From: an uncultured Acidobacteriota bacterium
GTDB taxonomy: Bacteria > Acidobacteriota > Thermoanaerobaculia > UBA5066 > Gp7-AA6
NCBI GenBank assembly: GCA_963764715.1
Contig: CAVXTP010000022.1
Span: 352,001 to 416,000 of the forward strand
Length of the DNA stretch: 64,000 nt
Reading direction: 5' to 3'
Each line of letters starts with the position of its first letter. The first letter of the stretch is position 1. A model generated the notes under the pieces. The model was not told where the DNA came from. It did no database searches and worked only from the letters and a program-made list of their open reading frames with translations. A program made the position numbers and the translations under genes. Of this stretch, positions 1 to 8,760 are shown piece by piece.

Positions 1-104
1 AGCTGCCCTGCCATGCGCTCGCCGTCGAGCACGTTCATCTGGCAGCCCCAGGTCTCGACCCGGTAGGTTTCGCGCGGCGCCCGCACGGGCAGGGTCGGCG
101 TCAT
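1..104 (-). CDS. miaB: MiaB-family radical SAM methylthiotransferase, N-terminus (runs off window edge)
   Basis: Manual translation MTPTLPVRAPRETYRVETWGCQMNVLDGERMAGQ contains the UPF0004 T-x-GCQMN-x2-D-x-E motif; ATG overlaps the upstream stop (ATGA, 101-104). Confidence 0.85.
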   Translation of the reverse strand, partial: MTPTLPVRAPRETYRVETWGCQMNVLDGERMAGQ

Positions 105-805
105 TCGCGGATCCAACCCGGCAGCGCTCCGGCCTTGCGCGCCCGTTCCGGCAGATCGGCGAGGTTCTTCTCGGCCTCCGCGAGCTGCCGCTTCGCGTCC
201 TCCAGGTCCGAGAGCGCGCGGTCCCAGGACGGCTTGATGACGCGGTCGCGGTACTGGCCGTCGTCCCAGGCGTAGAAGTCGTTCTCGAGCTTCCGGGCCG
301 TCGCCGTGAGCTCCGAGACGCGGGCCTTCGCGTCCGCCACGGCCTTGCGGTCGTGGCGCGCGATCTCCTGCCACTCCGCCTCGCCTCCGCCCTGGGGCGT
401 CGGGGCGGCGGCGGGGGCGACGCCCTCCGGCGCCTTGCCCGGCCCGGCCGCGGCGGCGGCGACGGGGGTCCGCGTCGGGAGAACGGCCGAGGTCGAGAGC
501 CGCCCCTTGTCGGGGTTCTTGACGAGCGAGCGGTTGTCGATCGTGACGGCGCCCTTTTCCGCCGGAGCGGCGGCAATGTCGCGGCTCTCCTGGGCGGCGC
601 GGACGACGTCGGCCATGCTCTGGCCGCCGTCCGTGACCGAGGGCGCGACCGGGGTCGCGCGGGGTCGGCCGAATCCGCCCGAGAGCCGGGGGCGGGGCGT
701 GGGCGTCGGTGTCGTCGCAGCGATGGCGAGCGACGCGGCCGCGAAGAGCCAGAGCGCGGTGCCGCCTCGGCGCGGCGCCCGCGGCGCGCGGAAGAGCCTG
801 TTCAC
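101..805 (-). CDS. Hypothetical exported protein, Pro/Ala-rich with C-terminal coiled coil
   Basis: Part of ORF 101..892; GTG at 805 overlaps the cupin stop (GTGA); N-terminal hydrophobic segment, helical C-terminus ending PGWIRE. Confidence 0.7.
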   Translation of the reverse strand: MNRLFRAPRAPRRGGTALWLFAAASLAIAATTPTPTPRPRLSGGFGRPRATPVAPSVTDGGQSMADVVRAAQESRDIAAAPAEKGAVTIDNRSLVKNPDKGRLSTSAVLPTRTPVAAAAAGPGKAPEGVAPAAAPTPQGGGEAEWQEIARHDRKAVADAKARVSELTATARKLENDFYAWDDGQYRDRVIKPSWDRALSDLEDAKRQLAEAEKNLADLPERARKAGALPGWIRE

Positions 806-1161
806 GGCGCCGTCGTTCCGGCGCGCCCGTAGGCGTCCTCGAGGCGGACCACGTCGTCGAGCTCGGGCGATGAAACCTCCACCAGCACGCACGGCCGCTC
901 GGCCCGCATGCGATGCCGCATGCCGGGTGTGATCCGGAAGGACTCGCCCCGCGAGAGCCTCATCTGTTCGAGCCCCCTGGCCTCGTCCGCGCCCACCAGA
1001 AGAACGACCTCCCCTTCCAGAACGTAGAGCGTCTCGTCCTTTCTTTCATGGTACTGCAGCGAAAGGCTCTGTCCGGCGTCGATGTAGAGGAGCTTTCCGG
1101 CGTAGCGCTCGTTCTCGGCGAAGATCTCCTCGCGACCCCAGGGCTTGGGAACGACTCTCAT
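802..1161 (-). CDS. Cupin protein (mannose-6-phosphate isomerase type II C-terminal-like)
   Basis: C-terminal part of ORF 802..2544: MRVVPKPWGREE...SLQYHERKDETLYVLEG...PGMRHR; ATGA overlap with ptsI stop. Confidence 0.85.
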   Translation of the reverse strand: MRVVPKPWGREEIFAENERYAGKLLYIDAGQSLSLQYHERKDETLYVLEGEVVLLVGADEARGLEQMRLSRGESFRITPGMRHRMRAERPCVLVEVSSPELDDVVRLEDAYGRAGTTAP

Positions 1162-2846
1162 GCGTCTCCTCCGAAGAGCCTCTCGACCTCCGACGCCTCC
1201 GACGCGTCGAGGGCCTTCTCGGCGAGGACCCGCGCCCGCGAGACCTCGATTCCGAGCAGATTTTCCTTCACGCCGGGGATGGCGACGGGGGTGACCGAAA
1301 GGTCGGTGATGCCGAGACCCACGAGAACGGCGGCCCCGATCGGATCGGCGGCGAGCTCCCCGCAGACGGCGACGGGCCGGCCCTGCGCCTGCCCCGCGTC
1401 GACGACCATCCGGATCATCCTCAGGATCGCGGGATGCAGCGGCCGATAGAGGTCCGAGACGTCCGGGTTCGCACGGTCGACCGCCAGGCCGTATTGCGCG
1501 AGGTCGTTGGTTCCGATCGAGAAGAAGTCGGCCTCGGAGGCGAGGCGGTCCGCGAGGAGGGCCGCCGACGGGACCTCGATCATCACGCCGAGCTCGGGCA
1601 CCGGGGAGAGTCCCACGCGGGCCGCCGCCTTTTCGAGCGCCCGGCGCGCGGCTTTCAGCTCGGAGAGCGAGGTCACCATGGGAAGCAGGATGCGGAGCTT
1701 CCCCCGCCGGGCCGCCAGGCACAGGGCCGTCAGCTGCTCCGAGAAGAGCTCGGGGTTGGCCAGGCAGTACCGCAGGCCGCGGAGGCCCAGCGCTGGGTTC
1801 TCGCCGGGGGCGGGGCCGATGCCCTTCTCGCCGCCGAGATCGTACGTGCGGACCACGACCGGGTGCGGCGCCGCCGCGGCGAGCAGGGTCTCGTAGGCCG
1901 CCCGCTGCTCCTCGACGCCGGGCGAGTGCGGCAGCGCCCGCAGGTACAGGAACTCGGACCGGAAGAGGCCGACGCCCTCGGCCCGGAAGCGCTCGAGGGC
2001 CGGGATCTCCTCGGGAAGCTCGAGGTTGGCGCGCACGGCGATCCGGACCCCGTCGCGCGTGACGGCGACGCGCGCCGCCCGGCCGCGCTGGCGCCGGCTC
2101 TTCTCCCGTCCCTCGCGGACCCGACCGAGGCTCCGGCGGATGACCGCCATGGAAGGGTCCGCCTCGACCGTGCCCCGGTCGCCGTCGACGACGATGGGGC
2201 GCTCGGGCGAGACGAGCTCGCACAGGTCCGGGATCCCGACGACCGCCGGGAGACCGAACGAGCGGGCGATGATCGAGGCGTGGGAAGTGGGCCCGCCGCG
2301 CTCGAGCGCGAGCCCGCGGACCCGGCGGGGATCGAGCCGTGCGGCGTCGACCGGGGAGAGCTCGTCGGCCACGAGAATCGAGCCCCGCGGTAGGTCCGCC
2401 GGCACCGGCCGCTCGCCGCCCGACAGGTGCGCGGCGATCTCGCGGGCGACGTCGGCGATGTCGGCCTCGCGCTCGCGCATCGCGGCCGAGTCGGCGGCGG
2501 CGAGCCGCCCCCCGAGCTCGCGGGTGACCTCGGCCAGGGCCCACTCGGCGTTGACGCGCTCGCGCCGGATCCGGGCGACGATCGCGCCGAGGAACGTCTC
2601 GTCCTCCGCGATCAGCCCGTGCGCCTCGAGGATCGCGGCGAGCTCCGTTCCCATGGCGCCCTTGGACTCCCGGGAGTGGCGGGCGAAATCCTCGGCGGCC
2701 TTCGAGGCCGCGCGGCGCAGGCGCCGCTCCTCCCGGTCGAATTCCTCGGGGGCGACGGCGCGGCGGAACGCCGGCAGCCCTCCGAAGCGGATGATGACCG
2801 CACGGCCCACGGCCACGCCCGGCGAAACGGAGAGACCCTGCAGCAT
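1158..2846 (-). CDS. ptsI: PTS enzyme I (PEP-protein phosphotransferase), no GAF domain
   Basis: GGPTSHASI phospho-His, GVGLFRSEFLY, ENPALGLRG, FSIGTNDL, VCGE motifs. Confidence 0.96.
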   Translation of the reverse strand: MLQGLSVSPGVAVGRAVIIRFGGLPAFRRAVAPEEFDREERRLRRAASKAAEDFARHSRESKGAMGTELAAILEAHGLIAEDETFLGAIVARIRRERVNAEWALAEVTRELGGRLAAADSAAMREREADIADVAREIAAHLSGGERPVPADLPRGSILVADELSPVDAARLDPRRVRGLALERGGPTSHASIIARSFGLPAVVGIPDLCELVSPERPIVVDGDRGTVEADPSMAVIRRSLGRVREGREKSRRQRGRAARVAVTRDGVRIAVRANLELPEEIPALERFRAEGVGLFRSEFLYLRALPHSPGVEEQRAAYETLLAAAAPHPVVVRTYDLGGEKGIGPAPGENPALGLRGLRYCLANPELFSEQLTALCLAARRGKLRILLPMVTSLSELKAARRALEKAAARVGLSPVPELGVMIEVPSAALLADRLASEADFFSIGTNDLAQYGLAVDRANPDVSDLYRPLHPAILRMIRMVVDAGQAQGRPVAVCGELAADPIGAAVLVGLGITDLSVTPVAIPGVKENLLGIEVSRARVLAEKALDASEASEVERLFGGDA

Positions 2847-2864
2847 GGCGGGCGCCCGGCCCGG

Positions 2865-3134
2865 TTACTCTTCCTCGTCGAAGCTTCGGGCGATGAGGTC
2901 CTCGACGGCGGCGAACGCGTCCTTCTCGTCCGCCCCCGTCACCGCGAGGGTGATCCGGGTTCCCTGCGACGCCGCGAGCAGCAGGATGCCGAGGATGCTC
3001 TTGCCGTCGACCTCCTCGCCGTTCTTCCGGATCTTCACTTCCGACTTGAACCGGCTGGCGGTCTGGACGAACTTGGCGGCGGCCCGGGCGTGCAGGCCGA
3101 GACGGTTGCGGATGGCGAGCTCGCGTTCGATCAC
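2865..3134 (-). CDS. ptsH: Phosphocarrier protein HPr
   Basis: GLHARAAA (His15) and DGKSILG (Ser46); GTG start overlaps upstream stop. Confidence 0.96.
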   Translation of the reverse strand: MIERELAIRNRLGLHARAAAKFVQTASRFKSEVKIRKNGEEVDGKSILGILLLAASQGTRITLAVTGADEKDAFAAVEDLIARSFDEEE

Positions 3135-3583
3135 GGGTTCTCTTTCTGCGAGACGACGACGCCGGCCGGCGCCGGCGTCGCTTCCTCCGCCAGCAGGTCC
3201 GAGGCCACGTAGATCGAGCGCTGGCCCCGGTCCTTGGCGACGTGGGCGACCTCGGTGACCGGGCGGCCGCTCTTCTGGAGCGAGGCGCACTTCAGGACCA
3301 TCGGGAGGTTGACCCCGGTGACGATCTCGACCTGGTCCTTGGCGAGGAATGGCAGGGTCAGGTTCGTCGGGGTCCCGCCGAACATGTCGGTCAGGATGAC
3401 CGCCCCTTCCCCGGCGTCGGCCTCCGCGAGGCCCCGGCGGATCTTCTCGCGGGCGTCCTCGCCCGTCTCGCTCCACTCCAGGGAGACGGCCACGATCCGC
3501 TCCAGGCCCGGCTGGATCGTGAGCGCGGCGGCGCGAAGCTCTTCCGCGAGCTTGCCGTGGGTGACGAGCAGGATGCCGATCAT
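3131..3583 (-). CDS. PTS EIIA component, mannose/fructose family (stand-alone)
   Basis: MIGILLVTHG, LTDMFGGTPTN, TGVNLPM motifs. Confidence 0.93.
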   Translation of the reverse strand: MIGILLVTHGKLAEELRAAALTIQPGLERIVAVSLEWSETGEDAREKIRRGLAEADAGEGAVILTDMFGGTPTNLTLPFLAKDQVEIVTGVNLPMVLKCASLQKSGRPVTEVAHVAKDRGQRSIYVASDLLAEEATPAPAGVVVSQKENP

Positions 3584-3601
3584 CGGGAGGAGCGCATTAT
3601 C

Positions 3602-4489
3602 TCATTCGCGGGTCGCGTCACGATGGGAGACCCGGACGGGGTAACCCTTCTCCTGGAGCCGGCCCGCGAGCTGCTCGGCGATGTAGACGGAGCGGTGCTT
3701 TCCGCCGGTGCAGCCGATGCCGATCGACAGATAGCTCTTCCCTTCCTTCTCGAACCGGGGCACGAGGTAGTCGAGAAACTGGACGAGGTGGTCGAGGAAG
3801 GAACCGGTCTCGGGGTCCTGCTCGATGTAGGCCGCGACCGCCGGGTCCATCCCGGTCTTTCCCTTGAGCTCCGGCACGAAGTGCGGGTTGACGAGGAACC
3901 GCACGTCGAAAAGCAGGTCGACGTCGTGCGGCGTCCCGAACTTGTACCCGAACGAGGTGGCCGAGATGACCATGCCGCGGCTCTCGGGGTCGCCGACGAA
4001 GGTCTTCTGCATGAAGGAGCGCAGCTCGTGCACCGTCATCACGGACGTGTCGACGACGACGTCGGCGACGGCGCGCACTTCCTTGAGCATCGCGCGCTCG
4101 CTGCGGAGCGCCTCGAGGAGGGACTTGCGCCCCGCCAGCGGGTGCGGCCGCCGGGTTTCCGAAAACCGGCGGATCAGGGATTCCTCGGAGGCGTCGAGGA
4201 AGAGCAGCCGCGCGCCCGGGACCCGCTGCCGCAGGCGAGCGAGGATCTCGGGGAACCGCGTCGCGAAGTCTGGGTTGCGGATGTCGAGGATGATCCCGAC
4301 GCGCTTCTTCCCGGTGACCTGGTCGAGGAGCGGCTCGAGCAGGTCGAGCGGCAGGTTATCGACGCAGAAGTACCCCATGTCCTCGAGGCACTTGTTGACC
4401 CAGCTCTTGCCGGAGCCCGAGAGCCCCGTGACGATGACGAGGCTCTCGGGGACGCTCGGCGGAGCGGCCCCGCCCGCGGACTCGGTCAC
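3602..4489 (-). CDS. rapZ: RNase adapter RapZ/YvcJ P-loop protein
   Basis: VTGLSGSGKS, CVDNLP, RRFSETRRPHPL, SFGYKFG, GCTGGKHRSV; GTG start at GTGA overlap. Confidence 0.95.
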   Translation of the reverse strand: MTESAGGAAPPSVPESLVIVTGLSGSGKSWVNKCLEDMGYFCVDNLPLDLLEPLLDQVTGKKRVGIILDIRNPDFATRFPEILARLRQRVPGARLLFLDASEESLIRRFSETRRPHPLAGRKSLLEALRSERAMLKEVRAVADVVVDTSVMTVHELRSFMQKTFVGDPESRGMVISATSFGYKFGTPHDVDLLFDVRFLVNPHFVPELKGKTGMDPAVAAYIEQDPETGSFLDHLVQFLDYLVPRFEKEGKSYLSIGIGCTGGKHRSVYIAEQLAGRLQEKGYPVRVSHRDATRE

Positions 4490-5463
4490 CGCAGCCCGCC
4501 CTCGGCCGCGGCGTTCTTGGCGATCTCCTCGTCGACGCGCCGCGCGAATTCCTTGGCCGCGTCGTAGCCCTGGCTCTTCAGCAGCTCGTTGCGGGCCGCG
4601 ATCTCGATCAGGAGAGCGAGGTTGCGGCCCGAGGCCACGGGCAGCCGCAGCAGCGGGAGGTCGCGGTCGAGGATCACGTAGGTTTCGCCGTCGAGCCCCA
4701 GCCGGTCGTACTTCTTGGCGGGGTCCCAGCGCTGGAGCTCGATGACCATCTCGATCGACTTCGAGCTGCGGACCGCCGAGACGCCGAAGAGGTGCTTGAT
4801 GTTGATGATGCCGATGCCCCGCAGCTCCATGTGGTACCGGATCATCTCGGCCGCGCGGCCGACGAGGGCCCCGCTCGGGTAGCGCCGGATCTCGACGGCG
4901 TCGTCGGCCACGAGGCGGTGGCCGCGGTGCACGAGGTCGAGGGCGCACTCGCTCTTTCCGATGCCCGACTCGCCCAGCAGCAGCACGCCCATGCCGTAGA
5001 CGTCGACGAGGACGCCGTGGAGGGTCGTCGAGGGGGCGAGCGAATCCTCGAGGACGCGGGTGATCGACTGGATGACGACCGAGGTCGTCTTGTCCGAGAC
5101 GAGCAGCGGGATCTCGCGCAGGCGGCACTCGCGCGCGATGTCGTCCGGCGGGAGCTGCCCCTTCGTGATGACGAATGCCGCGACCGGCAGCGCGCAGATC
5201 GATTGGATCCGCTCGCGCCGCACGGCCTCGGGCATCGTGTCGAGGTAGTTGAGCTCGCTCTCGCCGAGGATCTGGATCCGGCCCGGCTTGATGTACGGGA
5301 GGAAGCCCGCCAGGGCGAGGCCGGGACGCTGGATCCGCCCCCAGTGGATCGGGCGGTGGAAGCCGGCCTCCCCCGTCACGACGCGCATCTCGAGGTCTTC
5401 GAGCTCGCGGGAGCGCAGGATCTCGGCCGTCAGGGACACGGGCTTCGTGGTCTGGCCGCTCAC
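4486..5463 (-). CDS. hprK: HPr(Ser) kinase/phosphorylase
   Basis: RPGLALAG, HGVLVDVYGMGVLLLGESGIGKSE, LVADD, MELRGIGII. Confidence 0.97.
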   Translation of the reverse strand: MSGQTTKPVSLTAEILRSRELEDLEMRVVTGEAGFHRPIHWGRIQRPGLALAGFLPYIKPGRIQILGESELNYLDTMPEAVRRERIQSICALPVAAFVITKGQLPPDDIARECRLREIPLLVSDKTTSVVIQSITRVLEDSLAPSTTLHGVLVDVYGMGVLLLGESGIGKSECALDLVHRGHRLVADDAVEIRRYPSGALVGRAAEMIRYHMELRGIGIINIKHLFGVSAVRSSKSIEMVIELQRWDPAKKYDRLGLDGETYVILDRDLPLLRLPVASGRNLALLIEIAARNELLKSQGYDAAKEFARRVDEEIAKNAAAEGGLR

Positions 5464-5972
5464 GCCGGGCCTCCCGCCGAGGCTTCGGCGGTGCGGAGGA
5501 TCGACGCCAGGGCGTCGGCCGAGCCCGCGCCGCGCAGGGCGTCGGCGATTCCCGGCACCCGCAGGAGGCGCGAGACCCGCGCGACGGCCTGGAGGTGGGC
5601 CGCGGCGGCCTGGGTCGGCGAGACCACGAGAAACACGAGGTCGACGGGAACGCCGTCGAGCGCCCCGAAATCCACGGGCTGCGCGGTCGTCGCGAAGGCC
5701 ACGACCTCGCGGTCGACCGAGTCGAGGCGGCAGTGCGGAATCGCGATGCCGCGACCCACGCCCGTGCAGCCGTCGCGCTCGCGCTTGACGAGCCGCTCGA
5801 CGAGCTCCCCGTCGTCGCGCACCGCGCCGGCGCCGGCCAGCCGGCCGGCGAGCTCCTCGAAGAGCGCGTCCCGGGTCGCGCCCGGGATGCGGAAGAAAAC
5901 GAGGCGGGGGTCGATCAGGCCGTCCCGCCGCGACGCCTGGCCCTCGACGCCTTCGGCCGCCCCGATCAGCAT
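5460..5972 (-). CDS. ptsN: PTS EIIA(Ntr)-like protein
   Basis: RERDGCTGVGRGIAIPHCR, DFGALDGVPVDLVF, HLQAVA; position after hpf; start uncertain. Confidence 0.88.
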   Translation of the reverse strand: MLIGAAEGVEGQASRRDGLIDPRLVFFRIPGATRDALFEELAGRLAGAGAVRDDGELVERLVKRERDGCTGVGRGIAIPHCRLDSVDREVVAFATTAQPVDFGALDGVPVDLVFLVVSPTQAAAAHLQAVARVSRLLRVPGIADALRGAGSADALASILRTAEASAGGPA

Positions 5973-6529
5973 TCCGGCACGATCAGTCCGAAGTCGCCGT
6001 CGCGCCTCCGGTAGATCACGGACACCCGGTTGTCGGAGGGGTCCCGGAACACGAGCACGTCCTGGCCCGAGGACTCGAGCGCCAGCGCGGCCTCGTCGAC
6101 GCCCATCGGCTTGACGGCCGGCGGCCGCATCCGCACGACGCGGCCCCGCCTCGGCTCGGAGGCCTCGGGCTCGGGCGCCGCGGCGAGCGCGAGCGGCTCG
6201 TTGCGCCAGCCCTTGGGAAGGAACCGCTGCCAGGTCCGGTGCTTGCGGTCGCGCCGCTTCTCCGTGTCGCGCATCGCCTGGGCGTCGATCTTCTCGAACG
6301 CCGCCGCGACGGCCGCGCGCGGGTCGGCCGTCTCCTCCTGCGCCTTCCAGCGCCGCCTCCGGTGGATGGCGAGGACCTCCGCTCCGAACCGGTGCTTCTC
6401 GTGGGACAGGACGACGCGCACCTCGGCGGGTCCGCCGAGGTGGCGCTCGAGCCTCTGGGTCCGCTCCTCCGCGAGCTCCTTCAGGGACGGGGTGACTTCG
6501 ACGTTGCGTCCGGTGCATTCGACGGCCAT
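5966..6529 (-). CDS. hpf: Ribosome hibernation promoting factor, long form
   Basis: TGRNVEVTPSL N-terminus, KPMGVDEA and VIYRRRDGDFGLI C-terminal domain; directly after rpoN. Confidence 0.9.
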   Translation of the reverse strand: MAVECTGRNVEVTPSLKELAEERTQRLERHLGGPAEVRVVLSHEKHRFGAEVLAIHRRRRWKAQEETADPRAAVAAAFEKIDAQAMRDTEKRRDRKHRTWQRFLPKGWRNEPLALAAAPEPEASEPRRGRVVRMRPPAVKPMGVDEAALALESSGQDVLVFRDPSDNRVSVIYRRRDGDFGLIVPEC

Positions 6530-6540
6530 CGGAGGTCCTC

Positions 6541-7992
6541 CTAAAAATTCTGTTTGCGCTGGGAGGAGGAAGGGATGCGCAGTTCCTCGCGGTATTTCGC
6601 GACGGTCCGCCGCGCGATCTGGATTCCCTCGGCCCGGAGCTTCTGCATGATCCGGGCGTCCGAGTGCGGCCGGCGGCCGTCCTCGTCCTGCACGATGCGG
6701 GCGATCTTGTTCTTGATCGAGAGGGACGAGACGTCGTCGCCGGTGGAGGAGTCGATGCCGCTGTGGAAAAAGTACTTCATGGGGAAGAGTCCCCGCGGCG
6801 TGTGGATGTACTTGTTGGAGACGACGCGCGAGACCGTCGACTCGTGCATCCCGATGTCGTTGGCCACGTCCCGCAGGACGAGGGGCCGCAGGTGCTCGAT
6901 GCCGTGGTCGAGGAACGCCCGCTGGTGGCGGACGATCGAGTCGGCGACCTTGTAGATCGTCCGCTGCCGCTGGTCGAGGCTCTTGATGAGCCAGATCGCC
7001 GAGCGCATCTTGTCCTTGAGGTAGTTCGCGGCCTCCGAGCCGATGGCCCCGTTCCCGCTCCGCAGGAGCTTGCGGTACGCGGCCGAGATCCGCAGCTTCG
7101 GAAGACCGTCCTCGGAAAGCTGGATGACGTACTCGTCGCTGATCTTGCGCACGAAGACGTCGGGCTCGACGTAGATCGTGCGCTCGCTCGAATACTTGCG
7201 GCCGGGCTTGGGCTCGAGATTTTTGATGATCTCGAAGGCCGCCTGGATCTCGGCCATCCCGACGTTCAACGTCTTCGCGAGCGGAGCGAACTGCCGGTTG
7301 AGAAACGCCGGCCAGTGCTCCCGGATGATCGTCTCGATCAGGGGGTTCTCGATGCCGAGGGCCTTGAGCTGGAGCAGCAGGCAGTCCGGCAGGTCGAAGG
7401 CCCCGACGCCCTGCGGGTCGAGGGAACGGACGAGGGCGATCGCCGCCTCGACGTTGGCCTCGTCCTCGAAGTCCGCCTCCCGGATCTCCTCGCGCGTGAC
7501 CCGCAGGTAGCCGTCCTCGTCGATGTTGCCGACGAGGTAGGTCGCGATCTCGCGCACCTCGGGGCTCGCTTCCGACATCGAGAGCTGCCAGAGAAGGTGC
7601 TCGGGCAGCCCCTCGGGGCGGGTCAGGACGTTGTCGAGCGAGAACTCCTCGGGCTGCTCCTGGTACTGGCGGGGGTTGTAGGCGGAGTCGAGGTAGTCCT
7701 CGAAGTACGAGTTGAAGTCGATCTCTTCGAAGGAATCGCGCTCTTTTTCCTCGCCCGCCGCGGCCGCTTCGACGGGCGGGGCGTCCTCGTTCTGGCGGTC
7801 CGCCTCGGCGGCCGTCTCGTTCTCGACGACCTCGTCCTGCTCCTCGAGGACCGGGTTCTCGACGACCTCCTGGGTGAGGACCTCCTGCAGCTCGAGCCGG
7901 GACATCTGCAGGAGCTTGATGGCCTGCTGCAGCGACGGCGTCATCACCAGTCGCTGCGACAGCCTCAGGTTGAGCTTCTGTTCCAGGGCCAT
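6541..7992 (-). CDS. rpoN: RNA polymerase sigma-54 factor
   Basis: LQQAIKLLQMSRLEL region I, HESTVSR, ARRTVAKYRE RpoN box. Confidence 0.99.
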   Translation of the reverse strand: MALEQKLNLRLSQRLVMTPSLQQAIKLLQMSRLELQEVLTQEVVENPVLEEQDEVVENETAAEADRQNEDAPPVEAAAAGEEKERDSFEEIDFNSYFEDYLDSAYNPRQYQEQPEEFSLDNVLTRPEGLPEHLLWQLSMSEASPEVREIATYLVGNIDEDGYLRVTREEIREADFEDEANVEAAIALVRSLDPQGVGAFDLPDCLLLQLKALGIENPLIETIIREHWPAFLNRQFAPLAKTLNVGMAEIQAAFEIIKNLEPKPGRKYSSERTIYVEPDVFVRKISDEYVIQLSEDGLPKLRISAAYRKLLRSGNGAIGSEAANYLKDKMRSAIWLIKSLDQRQRTIYKVADSIVRHQRAFLDHGIEHLRPLVLRDVANDIGMHESTVSRVVSNKYIHTPRGLFPMKYFFHSGIDSSTGDDVSSLSIKNKIARIVQDEDGRRPHSDARIMQKLRAEGIQIARRTVAKYREELRIPSSSQRKQNF

Positions 7993-8004
7993 AAAGACAC
8001 CGGC

Positions 8005-8760
8005 TCAGTGAAGCCGGAAACTTTCTCCCAGATAGATCTTTCGAACGGCGGCGTCGCTCGAGAGTGCAAGAGGCGTGCCCGAGCGAAGGATCTCTCCCCC
8101 GTGAATTATATAAGCCCGGTCGACGATGGACAAAGTCTCCCGCACGTTGTGGTCCGTCACGAGGACGCCGATGCCGGAAGAGGCCAGCCGGCGGACGATC
8201 TGCTGAATGTCGAGGACCGCGATGGGGTCGATTCCGGCAAAGGGCTCGTCCAGCAGGAGGAAGTAGGGGGACAGGACCAGGCTGCGGGCGATCTCGACCC
8301 GCCGGCGCTCGCCGCCCGAGAGCGTGTAGGCGCGGTGACCGCGGAGCTTTTCCAGGCCGAACTCCGCCAGGAGCGCGTCGCAGCGCTCGGCCCGCTCCGG
8401 CGGGGAGAGCTCCAGCGTCTCGAGGATCGCAAGGAGGTTCTCCTCCACGGTCATCTTCCGGAAGACCGACGGCTCCTGCGGCAGGTACGAGATGCCGGCA
8501 CGGGCGCGGCGGTACATCGGAAGGTCCGTCAGGTCGCGGTCGCCCAGGCGCACGACGCCCTGGTCCGGAGCGACGAGGCCGACGACGATCGAAAAGGTCG
8601 TCGTCTTCCCCGCACCGTTGGGGCCGAGCAGCCCGACGATCTCGCCCGAGCCGATCTCGAGCGAGACGCCGCGCACGACCGTCCGCCCGCCGTAGGCCTT
8701 GGCGAGGCCTTCGGCGGAGAGGACCGGCCGGTCTCCGGATCTCGGAACGCTCTGGCTCAA
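8005..8760 (-). CDS. lptB: LPS export ABC transporter ATPase
   Basis: [48 protein letters not shown]; upstream of rpoN. Confidence 0.96.
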   Translation of the reverse strand: MSQSVPRSGDRPVLSAEGLAKAYGGRTVVRGVSLEIGSGEIVGLLGPNGAGKTTTFSIVVGLVAPDQGVVRLGDRDLTDLPMYRRARAGISYLPQEPSVFRKMTVEENLLAILETLELSPPERAERCDALLAEFGLEKLRGHRAYTLSGGERRRVEIARSLVLSPYFLLLDEPFAGIDPIAVLDIQQIVRRLASSGIGVLVTDHNVRETLSIVDRAYIIHGGEILRSGTPLALSSDAAVRKIYLGESFRLH

